From the NCBI GenBank assembly GCA_002686355.1, contig NZBV01000018.1:1-36907 (forward strand): a stretch of DNA of 36,907 nucleotides. The letters run 5' to 3'. The notes beneath the pieces are model-generated. The model was not told where the DNA came from, searched no databases, and worked only from the letters and a program-made list of their open reading frames with translations. Positions 10,158-19,406 of this stretch are shown piece by piece. How positions within the stretch are numbered: the stretch's first letter is position 1; each line of letters begins with the position of its first letter. Origin of the DNA: Candidatus Pacearchaeota archaeon. Lineage in GTDB: Archaea; Nanobdellota; Nanobdellia; Pacearchaeales; GW2011-AR1. Position numbers and translations under genes: made by a program.

Positions 10158-11045
10158 ATGAAAAAAATTTTTATTACAGGTGGGACAGGAGGAGTAGGAA
10201 GCGAAGTATCTCTTTTTTTAGGCGATAAATACCAAGTTTATTCAGGAACAACTAATGAAAATGCAAAAATTAGAAATTGTAAGATGATCTTAATAGACAT
10301 AACAGACAGAGAAAAATTAATTAAAACAATCACAGAGATAAATCCAGATTATATAATTCATCTTGCAGCACTAACAGATGTCAATTTATGTGAAGAAAAA
10401 AAAGAACAGGCATGGAAAATCAATGTCGAAGGAACTAAAAATGTTACACTAGCAGCTGAAAGAGTAGGAGCAAAATTAATCTATGCATCAACTAACTATG
10501 TTTTTGACGGAGAAAAAGGCATGTATGCAGAAGAAGATGAACCAAGCCCTGTTAATTATTATTCTTTAACAAAAGTTAAGGGAGAAAAAGAAGCCCTAAA
10601 CTATTCTAATTCTATTGTAACCCGGCTCTGTCCTTTTGGATTAGGTGCAGAGAACAGACAAACTTTTACAACACGGGTAATCCAGGAGTTATCTAAAGGA
10701 GGAAAAATAAATCTTTTTACAGATCAATTTTTCTCTCCAATATTCACTTATAATTATGTGCAAGTTTTAGAGAAACTCTTTGAGAGTGATTTCACCGGCA
10801 TTATAAATATTGCTGGTTCAGAAAGATTAAGCAGATATGAATTTGTTAAAAAAATTGCAGACATTTTTGAGCTAGATTCAAATTTATTAAATCCGACAAA
10901 GATAGAAGACTTGGACGAGGTTGCAAAAAGACCAAGAGATACATCACTAGATATTTCAAAAGCAAAATCTTTATTTGGAGACATATTTCCTGACGCTGAG
11001 TCAGGAATAAGGCAGATGAAAAGAATAAGAGACAAAGATATCTAA
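10158..11045 (+). CDS. RmlD-like NDP-4-keto-sugar reductase (extended SDR)
   Basis: TGGTGGVG, HLAALTDV..CE, STNYVFDG, YYSLTK, DQFFSP, RP.D.SLD. 1-nt gap after rfbH. Confidence 0.85.
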   Translation: MKKIFITGGTGGVGSEVSLFLGDKYQVYSGTTNENAKIRNCKMILIDITDREKLIKTITEINPDYIIHLAALTDVNLCEEKKEQAWKINVEGTKNVTLAAERVGAKLIYASTNYVFDGEKGMYAEEDEPSPVNYYSLTKVKGEKEALNYSNSIVTRLCPFGLGAENRQTFTTRVIQELSKGGKINLFTDQFFSPIFTYNYVQVLEKLFESDFTGIINIAGSERLSRYEFVKKIADIFELDSNLLNPTKIEDLDEVAKRPRDTSLDISKAKSLFGDIFPDAESGIRQMKRIRDKDI

Positions 11046-11095
11046 GAACTACTTATAACAAAAACCTATTTAAAACCACCCCCTCTAAATCCAAT

Positions 11096-12142
11096 ATGGC
11101 AACTAAAAAGATTTGTTTTTTTGTAGGACATTATGATCCAGCAAGGCATGTTATTATGATGTATTATGAAAGAATCTTCCCTAAAGATGTTGAACTGCAT
11201 GTCGCCTGCGCAAGCAAATTTGAAAAGGAAAAATATCCTTTAAAAAGAATAAAAGTTGTCGAGTTTCTTGATAAAAAATCAAGAGTTCCTTTTAAACTAA
11301 GAGAATTTTGCAAGGAGAAGAAAATTGATTTTCTCATAAATTTAACTGGAAATGCAGAAGTCGCACTGGCATTGCTTATAGCAACAGTGTTCACAAAAAC
11401 CAAAAAAGGAATTTATTTTCTCGGCAATCCAAAACTGACTTTTAAAAATTGGTTTTTTTTGTTTTCACAATTTTTTACTTTGCGCTTTTTAGCCTGCAGT
11501 AATGAGGTCTCTGAGAAATTCAAGAAGTTCTTGTTTTTCAGCAGAAAAAAGACATTTTATCTTCCTTTTCCAGTAAATGTGAACAAATTTAAACCAAAAG
11601 ATAAAAAGAAACTAAGGAAAAAATTAGGATTTAAGGATAAAGATAAAATTCTTCTCCAGATTGGAAGAGTTGAACCCGCGCAAGGTTCTGATTATCTGAT
11701 AAAATTAATAAAGAACAACCAAGACAAGAAGTTTTTGTCTATAGGGCAGGTAAATGATGAGAACTTTAAAAATCATAAGTTCAAGAACCTAACTTTAATA
11801 CCATTTATCCCAAATGTCCAGCTTCCAGATTATTACAATATTGCAGACATGTGCATTTTCCTTACAAAAAGAAACAGCTATCCATATCCTCCACGAGAAT
11901 CAATGGCTTGCGGAACACCAGTAGTTGTTTTTGACATCGGCGCCTTTAAAATAATCTCTTCTCCTGCAACAATGAAAATTCCTTTTGACTATGATGCACT
12001 TCAAAAACAAGTAGACAAATTTTTTAGCTTGTCTGAAAAAGAGAGAGAAGAACTTTCAAAAGATGGAAGAAATTTTGTGATTAACGACTCCTCAGAAGAA
12101 AAATTAATTGATGAAACTCTGGATAAATTGTTGGGAGTTTAA
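11096..12142 (+). CDS. Glycosyltransferase, GT4 (GT-B)
   Basis: F.P.DK..LRKKLG, IGRV...QG, YYNIAD, ESMACGTPVV. Confidence 0.85.
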   Translation: MATKKICFFVGHYDPARHVIMMYYERIFPKDVELHVACASKFEKEKYPLKRIKVVEFLDKKSRVPFKLREFCKEKKIDFLINLTGNAEVALALLIATVFTKTKKGIYFLGNPKLTFKNWFFLFSQFFTLRFLACSNEVSEKFKKFLFFSRKKTFYLPFPVNVNKFKPKDKKKLRKKLGFKDKDKILLQIGRVEPAQGSDYLIKLIKNNQDKKFLSIGQVNDENFKNHKFKNLTLIPFIPNVQLPDYYNIADMCIFLTKRNSYPYPPRESMACGTPVVVFDIGAFKIISSPATMKIPFDYDALQKQVDKFFSLSEKEREELSKDGRNFVINDSSEEKLIDETLDKLLGV

Positions 12143-12148
12143 CAACCC

Positions 12149-13723
12149 TCACAAATCCAACTTCTTCATAAAGTCCATCTTTTTCCCTAATTTATATTCA
12201 AAAGGAAAATCAAAAAAATTCAGCATCATTCTTGTTTTTGCAAATGGGTAAAAAATAGCTGATAACAATTTCAGTTTTATTGGATAAGGCAAAACCATTC
12301 TCTTGAAAAAGGTTGCCAAATCTAATTTTCCCGCTTTGATATAGAGTTGTAGTGCAGCATAATATTCTGGTTCAAGCTGTATCCATGGGTAATCTTCAAT
12401 TTTATATCGTGTATTTTCACTGAAATATTTTTCCCATCCCTCAAGCGTGTCTGGTGATGTCCAGCCATATTCTTTTACAAGATATTCATAAAGCTCACCA
12501 CCAGGATAAGGGCGGTAAATCTCAGGTCCGGAAATCCTGCTCCTCTCTCTCCATTGATAAATTTTCCCATTCTTTTTAATGATCTTTATTCCTTTATTCA
12601 CCTTGTAAATCTTTTTTGCCATCTTTATTGTTGCAAGTGTATCTTCTTTTGTCTCATTTGGAAAACCAGTCATAAATCCGTAGCCAGCACAAATGTCAGC
12701 TTTTCTTAGCATTTCAACTGCAGTAAAAATATCTTTTTCATTCACATCTTTTTTTATAAAATCTCTCATCTTTTGGGAGCCAAATTCCGGACTTAGATTA
12801 ACATTAAAAAAACCAGCTCTGCTCATTTTGTTGAGCAAATCCTGAGTCACCAAACCCTTTGTAAAATAATCAGCCCTCAAATTTCCCCCAAAACCTATGT
12901 CCAAATTTTTCTCAAGAAGAAGGTCTGCAATTTTATTTGCTCTATCCTTATTTACAAAAAAACATTCGTCACTGAACTCTATAACTTTAATTCCATATCT
13001 TTTATGCAGGTGCTCAATCTCTTTTATTACATTTTCAGCAGTAAGAGCTCTCCACTTGGTATTTTTTGTTATATAATTTATGCAGAAAGTGCATCTATGT
13101 GGGCAGCCCCTGCTTGTCATAAAAGTAATAACCTTTTTTTCAAAAACATCTGGGTTTAGGAGCTCATAATTTAAAATACTTAATTCATTCATATCAACAA
13201 AATCTTCAGGAGGAGTTTTCACAATCTTTCCACCTTCTTCATATATAATCCCTTTTACATTTTTGCAGGATTTTCCTTTTGATAAGCAATTTGCTAGATT
13301 AAGAAAAGGTTTTTCCCCCTCATTATATACTGCAAAATCTATAAGAGGATGTTTTATTGTCTGTTCTGGATAAAGCCTTAGATGAATTCCTCCCCACACA
13401 GTTTTTATTTTCGGATCTATTTTCTTTATCAGTCGCGTAACTTCAAGAGCATTTGGAATGCAAAACGTCATTGCAGAAATTCCAACTAAAAAAACCCCCC
13501 CTTTTTTTATCTCATTTTTTATAATTTCTTTGTAATCTTTCTCAACAAGACAATCAATAAGCTTCACCTTAAAATCACTTTTTTTTGTAAGCCATGTTCC
13601 AACAGCAAGAAGCCCGGCAGGGATATTGTTCTTTTCACCCCCCTCCCCTAAACTAGAAGGATAAGCATTAATCAAAATAATTCTCTTCTTATTCTGCATA
13701 TTTTTTCTATTTTTCTGGGGCAT
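12149..13723 (-). CDS. Cobalamin-binding radical SAM protein #2
   Basis: PAGLL, VGISAMT, VWGGIH, NEGE, TSRGCPHRCTFC, SDECF, GFPNET. TATA-like motif 21 nt upstream. Confidence 0.9.
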   Translation of the reverse strand: MPQKNRKNMQNKKRIILINAYPSSLGEGGEKNNIPAGLLAVGTWLTKKSDFKVKLIDCLVEKDYKEIIKNEIKKGGVFLVGISAMTFCIPNALEVTRLIKKIDPKIKTVWGGIHLRLYPEQTIKHPLIDFAVYNEGEKPFLNLANCLSKGKSCKNVKGIIYEEGGKIVKTPPEDFVDMNELSILNYELLNPDVFEKKVITFMTSRGCPHRCTFCINYITKNTKWRALTAENVIKEIEHLHKRYGIKVIEFSDECFFVNKDRANKIADLLLEKNLDIGFGGNLRADYFTKGLVTQDLLNKMSRAGFFNVNLSPEFGSQKMRDFIKKDVNEKDIFTAVEMLRKADICAGYGFMTGFPNETKEDTLATIKMAKKIYKVNKGIKIIKKNGKIYQWRERSRISGPEIYRPYPGGELYEYLVKEYGWTSPDTLEGWEKYFSENTRYKIEDYPWIQLEPEYYAALQLYIKAGKLDLATFFKRMVLPYPIKLKLLSAIFYPFAKTRMMLNFFDFPFEYKLGKKMDFMKKLDL

Positions 13724-13768
13724 AAGATTTTGTATAAGAAGCAGTTTATAAGATTATTTGTTCTATAG

Positions 13769-14527
13769 TTAAGTGTATCCCAACTCTCTTAACCTCTCCA
13801 TTATAGTCTCTCTGACTTCTCCCCTCCCTGCCCTTTCATGCATGTCTGGATCTAGGTTTTTGTCAGTGCATTCAACGCAACCAAGCGAGGTAAATCCCTG
13901 TTTGTATAATGGATTGCATTCAAGATTAAACTTTTTTACAAAATCAAGAACATCTTCTCTTCTCCAGAATATAATTGGATGAACCCTTATATGGGCTGGA
14001 TTTTGCCTGGGGGAAAAAATACTTTCTTTAGCTCTCTCTTCATGCTCAACCCCCCTTAACCCTACAAAAAAAGCATCAAAGTTTTTGTCTCCAATAGCTT
14101 TCATCATAGGCGTAATCTTATGATAATGACAGCATGTTTCTGTGAATACAGGAGTTCTTAATCCATGTTCATCTGTAAATTCTTTAACTTTATCTTTTTC
14201 AGCCATAACAGCATGATAATCTACAAGTTGCCACTCTCTTCTAATCTTGTCAATAAATGCATATGTTTCTGGGGCATCATGTTGTGTGTCAACAAAAACA
14301 ACAGGCATGTTTGGTTTAACCTGAAGAATTAAATGTAGTAAAATCAGACTGTCTGTGCCGCCACTAAAACCCATCCCAACTTTTGAGTATTTCTCAATTG
14401 CTTCTTTTATTATCTCTTTTGATTTCTCAATCTTCTCATCAAGTGATAAGTCAAGAAGTTCCTTCACCTCAGGCCTCATTAAATCCTCGCAGATTTTTGT
14501 CCTGTTTATTGTAAAATCTTTTGCCAT
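13769..14527 (-). CDS. PAPS-reductase-family protein (CysD/APS reductase-like PP-loop protein)
   Basis: SGGTDS, VDT, CCHYHK, ERAKE, RVHPI..W, NPLY..GFTSLGCVECT, ERAGR. Ends in LRELGYT rather than ECGLH. Confidence 0.85.
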   Translation of the reverse strand: MAKDFTINRTKICEDLMRPEVKELLDLSLDEKIEKSKEIIKEAIEKYSKVGMGFSGGTDSLILLHLILQVKPNMPVVFVDTQHDAPETYAFIDKIRREWQLVDYHAVMAEKDKVKEFTDEHGLRTPVFTETCCHYHKITPMMKAIGDKNFDAFFVGLRGVEHEERAKESIFSPRQNPAHIRVHPIIFWRREDVLDFVKKFNLECNPLYKQGFTSLGCVECTDKNLDPDMHERAGRGEVRETIMERLRELGYT

Positions 14528-14532
14528 TATAG

Positions 14533-14549
14533 ATAATTATATATAATTA
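14533..14549. promoter_or_regulatory. Palindromic operator candidate upstream of the CysD-like gene
   Basis: TAATTATATATAATTA (14534-14549) is a perfect 16-bp inverted repeat between a TATA-like element (14554-14561) and ATG 14527. 14533-14547 is identical to 14812-14826. Confidence 0.6.
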
Positions 14550-14582
14550 CACCTTTTAAAGATTTCTATCTTGGAAAACATA

Positions 14583-14813
14583 TTAATAACCAAGACTTTT
14601 CAGCTTTGCTTTAATTTCTCCTGTTTCTTCAGAAGCAATTAGTGTCTTTGGAGAAGAAGCCAGAATCTGTCTTAGGACAAATGCAACATATGAAGAAACC
14701 GATGGCATTCCAGTTCCCTTTATTCTTTTTTTAACTTTTTCAATCAAAGGCGCAGGAAGAGAAATTGTTCCATATCTTACCTTATTCCCTGCTCTTTTTT
14801 TAGGCTTTTTCAT
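14583..14813 (-). CDS. Ribbon-helix-helix (CopG-like) DNA-binding protein with C-terminal LxxLGY tail
   Basis: YGTISLPAPLIEKVKKRI..TG..SVSSYVAFVLRQIL fits beta-strand/helix/helix. Ends EIKAKLKSLGY. Start refined to 14813. Confidence 0.8.
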   Translation of the reverse strand: MKKPKKRAGNKVRYGTISLPAPLIEKVKKRIKGTGMPSVSSYVAFVLRQILASSPKTLIASEETGEIKAKLKSLGY

Positions 14814-14826
14814 AATTATATATAAT
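14812..14826. promoter_or_regulatory. Second copy of the operator candidate, at the RHH gene start
   Basis: ATAATTATATATAAT with palindromic core ATTATATATAAT, between the TATA-like ttataaa (14836-14842) and the RHH ATG. Confidence 0.6.
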
Positions 14827-14835
14827 ATCAAGAAG

Positions 14836-16152
14836 TTATAAATCTTCCTTCTCATCTAAAAACTCTTTTAGTTCACTCTCTCCAGAATAAATATTCTCAT
14901 TCTCCCCAGAATCTTTTTCCAAATCATATTCTTCAAATTCTCCATGATGAGAGGATTTACACAAATTACACTGGTTGTCCTTTGCAACAATTAATTTTTT
15001 ATTCTTTGTCCTGACACCCCTAACATTTACACACAAACCATCCCAGAAAAAAACCTTGTCCCTGATTTTATCTCCCTTAACTAATTTAATCAAGGATTTT
15101 CCATCAAAATTATTATATTCTCTTTCACCAAGATAATCCAACACCGTAGGAGTTATATCAATGTTCTGGGCGAATTCATTCATCTCTTTTCCCTCAAAAC
15201 CAGGTAGATGCATGATGAATGGAACATGAATTGTATCATCATATAATCCAGAAGAACTAAAATAAATTTCATGGTCAATGAGATTAGTCCCATGGTCACC
15301 AAGGACAATCAAAACCGTGTTATCCCACAGATTATTGTTTTTTAGATAATTAAACAATCTCCCGATTTGTTTATCGACCTCTTTTATCGCAGCATCATAT
15401 TTATCAATCATATCTTCTGTTGAATTAAGACCAATATCTGTGACCCTCTTTTTGAAATATTCTCTCTGGGATTTATTTTCTATTTTTTCTAAAAATTCCT
15501 CAATATTCTCCTTCTTTGAACCTCTGAATTTTGTTGTTGGAAAAGGAAAGTGTGTGTCCCAAAAATGCATGAAAAGAAAGAAAGGTTTCTTTGAGTTTTT
15601 GATTTTTGAAATACCTAAGTCCATTGTATCCTTTGCAGGAGAGAATTTCACAGAAGCCCGGGTCTTCACAACTTTTTTTCCAATTTTGTATGCCCAATTT
15701 GGAAGATTTAGTAAAAATTTTTTTACAACAGGAACATTCATGAACTTTTTCAGTTTGCTTTGTGTTTCCTCTCTTTCTTCATAATAATCAAATCCGTCTT
15801 TAAACCACATCCCAATCCAGTCAATTGCGATTGTATTATATCCTTTTTCTTTAAGGTATTTCGGAAGCCAAAATTTCATTTCTCTGTCCATTTTTTCAAT
15901 CTCTTTATTTGTTGTATATGGAAATTGATGAAGTATTCCGTGATGGTTAGGGTATCTGCCAGTAAATATAGACATGAGAGAAGGAGCAGTTGCGTTTGAA
16001 CTTGAAAAGAAATTCTTAAACAATAAATTTTTATCAGCAATCTTTTTCAGATTTTTATCTATTTTTTTTCTGTAACCAAACATGCTTAGATTTTTTGGTC
16101 TAAAAGCATCAACTACAAGGATTATAATATTTTTTTTATTTGCATTATCCAT
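14836..16152 (-). CDS. Alkaline-phosphatase-superfamily (sulfatase-like) protein with Thr at the nucleophile position
   Basis: VDAFRP, SNATAPSLMSIFTGRYP, WDTHFP, YDAAI..VD, GDHG, HVPFI, NIDITPT. No CxPxR/SxPxR motif. Start refined to 16152. Confidence 0.85.
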   Translation of the reverse strand: MDNANKKNIIILVVDAFRPKNLSMFGYRKKIDKNLKKIADKNLLFKNFFSSSNATAPSLMSIFTGRYPNHHGILHQFPYTTNKEIEKMDREMKFWLPKYLKEKGYNTIAIDWIGMWFKDGFDYYEEREETQSKLKKFMNVPVVKKFLLNLPNWAYKIGKKVVKTRASVKFSPAKDTMDLGISKIKNSKKPFFLFMHFWDTHFPFPTTKFRGSKKENIEEFLEKIENKSQREYFKKRVTDIGLNSTEDMIDKYDAAIKEVDKQIGRLFNYLKNNNLWDNTVLIVLGDHGTNLIDHEIYFSSSGLYDDTIHVPFIMHLPGFEGKEMNEFAQNIDITPTVLDYLGEREYNNFDGKSLIKLVKGDKIRDKVFFWDGLCVNVRGVRTKNKKLIVAKDNQCNLCKSSHHGEFEEYDLEKDSGENENIYSGESELKEFLDEKEDL

Positions 16153-16153
16153 T

Positions 16154-17332
16154 TTAAATTTCCTCATAATCTTTGACAGTTTCGTCAACTATTCTTTTCC
16201 ATTTATATTGCTCTGCAGACTTTTTAATATTTCTATTTTCCCACTTTAAAATTTTTTTAACTGCTTTTGCAATTTCACTAGAATTCCTCTGAGGGACAAC
16301 ATAACCCTCTTTCTCATCTTTAATCATCAGGGGCATACCCGCTATATCTGTTGTCACAATCGGAACATTTCTTGCAAGCGCCTCCATAACAGAAACAGAA
16401 GCTCCCTCCCTTGATGAAGGTAAAATAAAAGCATCTGCAGCACTCAGATAAGGCAGTTTATTTTTTCCAAAAATCGCCCCTAAAAATTCCACATTCTTTA
16501 TTTTTTTTGATTTAGTATATTCTTTAAACTCTTCCAGCTGAGGCCCATAACCAATAACCTTCAAATCAACTTCAGGCAATTCCTTCATAGCATCAATTAG
16601 ATATTTAATCCCTTTGATATGAGTCATTCTTCCAAGATTTACAACTATTTTTTTATCCAGAGGCCATCCAAGCTTTTTACGTGCAGCTTCTTTTTTCATA
16701 GGAGAGAAATAAAAATCATCAATCCCCATTGTCTGAAATCTAATTTTAGAATTTTTTGCTCTTTTTTTTAGATAATCAATCTCCTGTGGACTTAGCGCAT
16801 AAAAAAGTTTAATATTTTTTAAAACCCTGTTTTCCCAGAATTGGCTTAATGCAAAAAAAGGAAAAAACCATCTTTTTTTCTTAGACTCTTTTAGATGCTT
16901 AAATGGCCAGCTTCCCCCGTGATGCTGTCCGATAATATCCTCTTTTCCAAATAAACTTGCAATTGCCAAGCCATGCAAACTATGGTATTCATGAAAATGA
17001 ATTATCAATTTATAACCCTCTCTCTTGCTTTTTTTAACCTCTTTTTTCAGTTCCTTCAACAGCGAAACAGAAAAATCCAAGCCATACACAGGAGAAATTG
17101 TCGTCGGAAACTGCCTATATTTTATTCCTTTATAAGTAAATTCTTTTTTCTCTTTAAAACTTCTCTCAGGTATCCAGCATTCTACTTCTATTCCAGGATG
17201 AAATTTTTTAATCTGCTGCGCAACCAGAGAAAACCAGTCATCAATTATGAATTTTTCCAGAGTTTTGTCGCTTCCTTCTAAGAAAAAAGACATTGAAGCA
17301 TGCGCAATTAAAATAATTTTTATCTTTTTCAT
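16154..17332 (-). CDS. Glycosyltransferase, GT4 (GT-B)
   Basis: GRMTHIKG, AADAFILPS..EG...SVMEALA...PIV.TD. Confidence 0.9.
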   Translation of the reverse strand: MKKIKIILIAHASMSFFLEGSDKTLEKFIIDDWFSLVAQQIKKFHPGIEVECWIPERSFKEKKEFTYKGIKYRQFPTTISPVYGLDFSVSLLKELKKEVKKSKREGYKLIIHFHEYHSLHGLAIASLFGKEDIIGQHHGGSWPFKHLKESKKKRWFFPFFALSQFWENRVLKNIKLFYALSPQEIDYLKKRAKNSKIRFQTMGIDDFYFSPMKKEAARKKLGWPLDKKIVVNLGRMTHIKGIKYLIDAMKELPEVDLKVIGYGPQLEEFKEYTKSKKIKNVEFLGAIFGKNKLPYLSAADAFILPSSREGASVSVMEALARNVPIVTTDIAGMPLMIKDEKEGYVVPQRNSSEIAKAVKKILKWENRNIKKSAEQYKWKRIVDETVKDYEEI

Positions 17333-17333
17333 T

Positions 17334-18872
17334 TTAAAGATCCTTGTTTTCAGTTCCCTTTCTAAATTTAAATTTATAACTGAACTTTTTTACTCTTTCC
17401 ATTACAGTTTTTTCTAATTTAGGAGAGACATTAAACAAGAACAATGAAAAATTACTCAAGAACAAAAGTGCCTGATAGACAAAATATGCAAAAAGAGGAT
17501 TCTTGAATCTCCTCTTACTGATAATATACAAATCCCATTTTCCCATAATCTTATAGAGTTTGTCTATTTCTCTGAAAATTTTCTTGTCATAATTAAAAAA
17601 ATTATTATGCAGATGATCCCAAAAAGTATGATAATAAATCATAAAAAACGGACGATACTCATCTTTGAATAATCGCTTTTTATACAGCCACCATTTTTCA
17701 AAACCACATTCATTTGCATATTCATTATAAATTTCTGTCCCAGGATATGGCTGAATTATCCCCCCGTCAAAACATTGGGTAACATATTTTCTAATCTTCT
17801 TCACATATTTCTGGAAATCCCTCATCTCTTCTGCAGTTTCCCACGGAAACCCAACAAGAGTATTTACTCCTGCCCGTATCCCGGCTTTATGACACCATTT
17901 AAGAACTCTCTCTGTTTGTTCAATATATTTCTGAGGATCTAAAGTTTTTTTTGTTTTCTCAAGTGTCTTAGGAATCATACTTTCAAAACCAAGACTTATC
18001 ATAACACACCCTGCTTTTTTCATTTTGAAGATAGTCTCTCTTGTTAAAAAATCAATTCTTGAGGCACAAACCCACTCTATCGGAAGCTTTTTTTCTATTA
18101 ACATATCGCAAATCTGATTCAGCCTTTTCCTGTTTGCAGTAAAAGAATCATCAACAAAATTAATTGTAGTAACTCCATATTTTTTGTGAAGTTGTAAAAT
18201 TTCTTCTAAAATCTTGTCAGCAGACCTGAATCTAAAACACTTTCCAAACAACGAATGAAGGCAAAAAGTGCATCTACCCGTGCAGCCTCTGCTTGAAAGC
18301 ACAGCCCCGTAATTATTCATCTCCTCCTTTATCTTAACATAATCTGATTGCCTGTGAACTTCTCTGTCTGGAATTGGCAGAACATTCAAGTCCTTAATAT
18401 CTGCTTCAGGTTTTGTCTTGACTATTTTCCCTTTTTCTCTAAACACAAGCCCTTTTACAGAATTTATCTTCTTATTCTGTGAAAGTTTCCCTAACAAATT
18501 CTTAAACGAGATTTCAGCTTCACCTAAAACAATAATGTCTGCGCCTTTCTCTAAAACCTCCTCAGGACAGATTGTTGCATGAGGCCCTCCAGCCACAATT
18601 ATCTTGCAATACGGACGAATTTTTTCAAGCAAGTCATAAGAATAAGTTACACTATTTGTGATAAAATTCATTCCCACTAAAAGCGGTTTTTCTCTCTTTA
18701 TCAAATCAATTATACTCTTGTAGTCTTTCTTAGTATATTGTGCATTTAGATTTTCAACAAGCACCTCAAACCCTTCTTTTTTGGCAATTGCCCCAAGATA
18801 ACTAAATGCAAGGGGTGGAAAAGGGTCTTCTATACCTAATTTTGCTCTTAGCAATAAAATCTTCTTATTCAT
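17334..18872 (-). CDS. Cobalamin-binding radical SAM protein #3
   Basis: PPLAFSYL, VAGGPHAT, GEAE, SSRGCTGRCTFC, VDDSF, GFES, GFPWET. Confidence 0.92.
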   Translation of the reverse strand: MNKKILLLRAKLGIEDPFPPLAFSYLGAIAKKEGFEVLVENLNAQYTKKDYKSIIDLIKREKPLLVGMNFITNSVTYSYDLLEKIRPYCKIIVAGGPHATICPEEVLEKGADIIVLGEAEISFKNLLGKLSQNKKINSVKGLVFREKGKIVKTKPEADIKDLNVLPIPDREVHRQSDYVKIKEEMNNYGAVLSSRGCTGRCTFCLHSLFGKCFRFRSADKILEEILQLHKKYGVTTINFVDDSFTANRKRLNQICDMLIEKKLPIEWVCASRIDFLTRETIFKMKKAGCVMISLGFESMIPKTLEKTKKTLDPQKYIEQTERVLKWCHKAGIRAGVNTLVGFPWETAEEMRDFQKYVKKIRKYVTQCFDGGIIQPYPGTEIYNEYANECGFEKWWLYKKRLFKDEYRPFFMIYYHTFWDHLHNNFFNYDKKIFREIDKLYKIMGKWDLYIISKRRFKNPLFAYFVYQALLFLSNFSLFLFNVSPKLEKTVMERVKKFSYKFKFRKGTENKDL

Positions 18873-18905
18873 AAATTTAAGAAATCAAGCCCGCGTTTAA
18901 ATAGA

Positions 18906-19355
18906 TTATGCTAAATAACTAACAGCCCAATAAATCATCAATCCCAGTAAAAACCCTCCGATAATATCTATCCAATCATGCTTCTTTAAATAAATCCGTG
19001 AATAAAAAACCAGAATAAGGATAAATAAAATAAGTGTACTAACATAGACATTCAACGAAAAAGCGATTATAGCGAACAAGCCCAGGAATACTGCTCTTGC
19101 TGTATGAATGCTTGGAAACGACGATGCATCAATCTTTTCAAGGAAATTATTATATCTTACTTTTTTTGGTCTTGATTTAAAGTAAAATAACCTTATAATC
19201 AGTGTCACTAAATATATGACAACTACTCCAAAAAATATCTCTTTTGCAAAATCAATTTTTCCAGTTATAAAAAAAATCACAATTAGGAATAAACTAAAAA
19301 TTAGCCCTCCAAATAAGGTAATCTCTTCAAAAAATTTATCAAAGAGTTTTTTCAT
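18906..19355 (-). CDS. PAP2-family membrane lipid phosphatase
   Basis: KSRP, SFPSIH and SRIYLKKH..DIIGG match the three PAP2 motifs. Hydrophobic helices. Confidence 0.88.
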   Translation of the reverse strand: MKKLFDKFFEEITLFGGLIFSLFLIVIFFITGKIDFAKEIFFGVVVIYLVTLIIRLFYFKSRPKKVRYNNFLEKIDASSFPSIHTARAVFLGLFAIIAFSLNVYVSTLILFILILVFYSRIYLKKHDWIDIIGGFLLGLMIYWAVSYLA

Positions 19356-19406
19356 AATTCTCCGAATCGAGCAATATTTAAATACTTTCTTACAACCTTA
19401 AACAAA

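Noticed and set aside
1161..13501. G7/C7 tracts (1161-1167, 6927-6933, 7936-7942, 13495-13501) as phase-variation switches
   Set aside because: They are short, all lie in intact frames, and all coincide with Gly-Gly codons. There is no evidence of slippage without read data.
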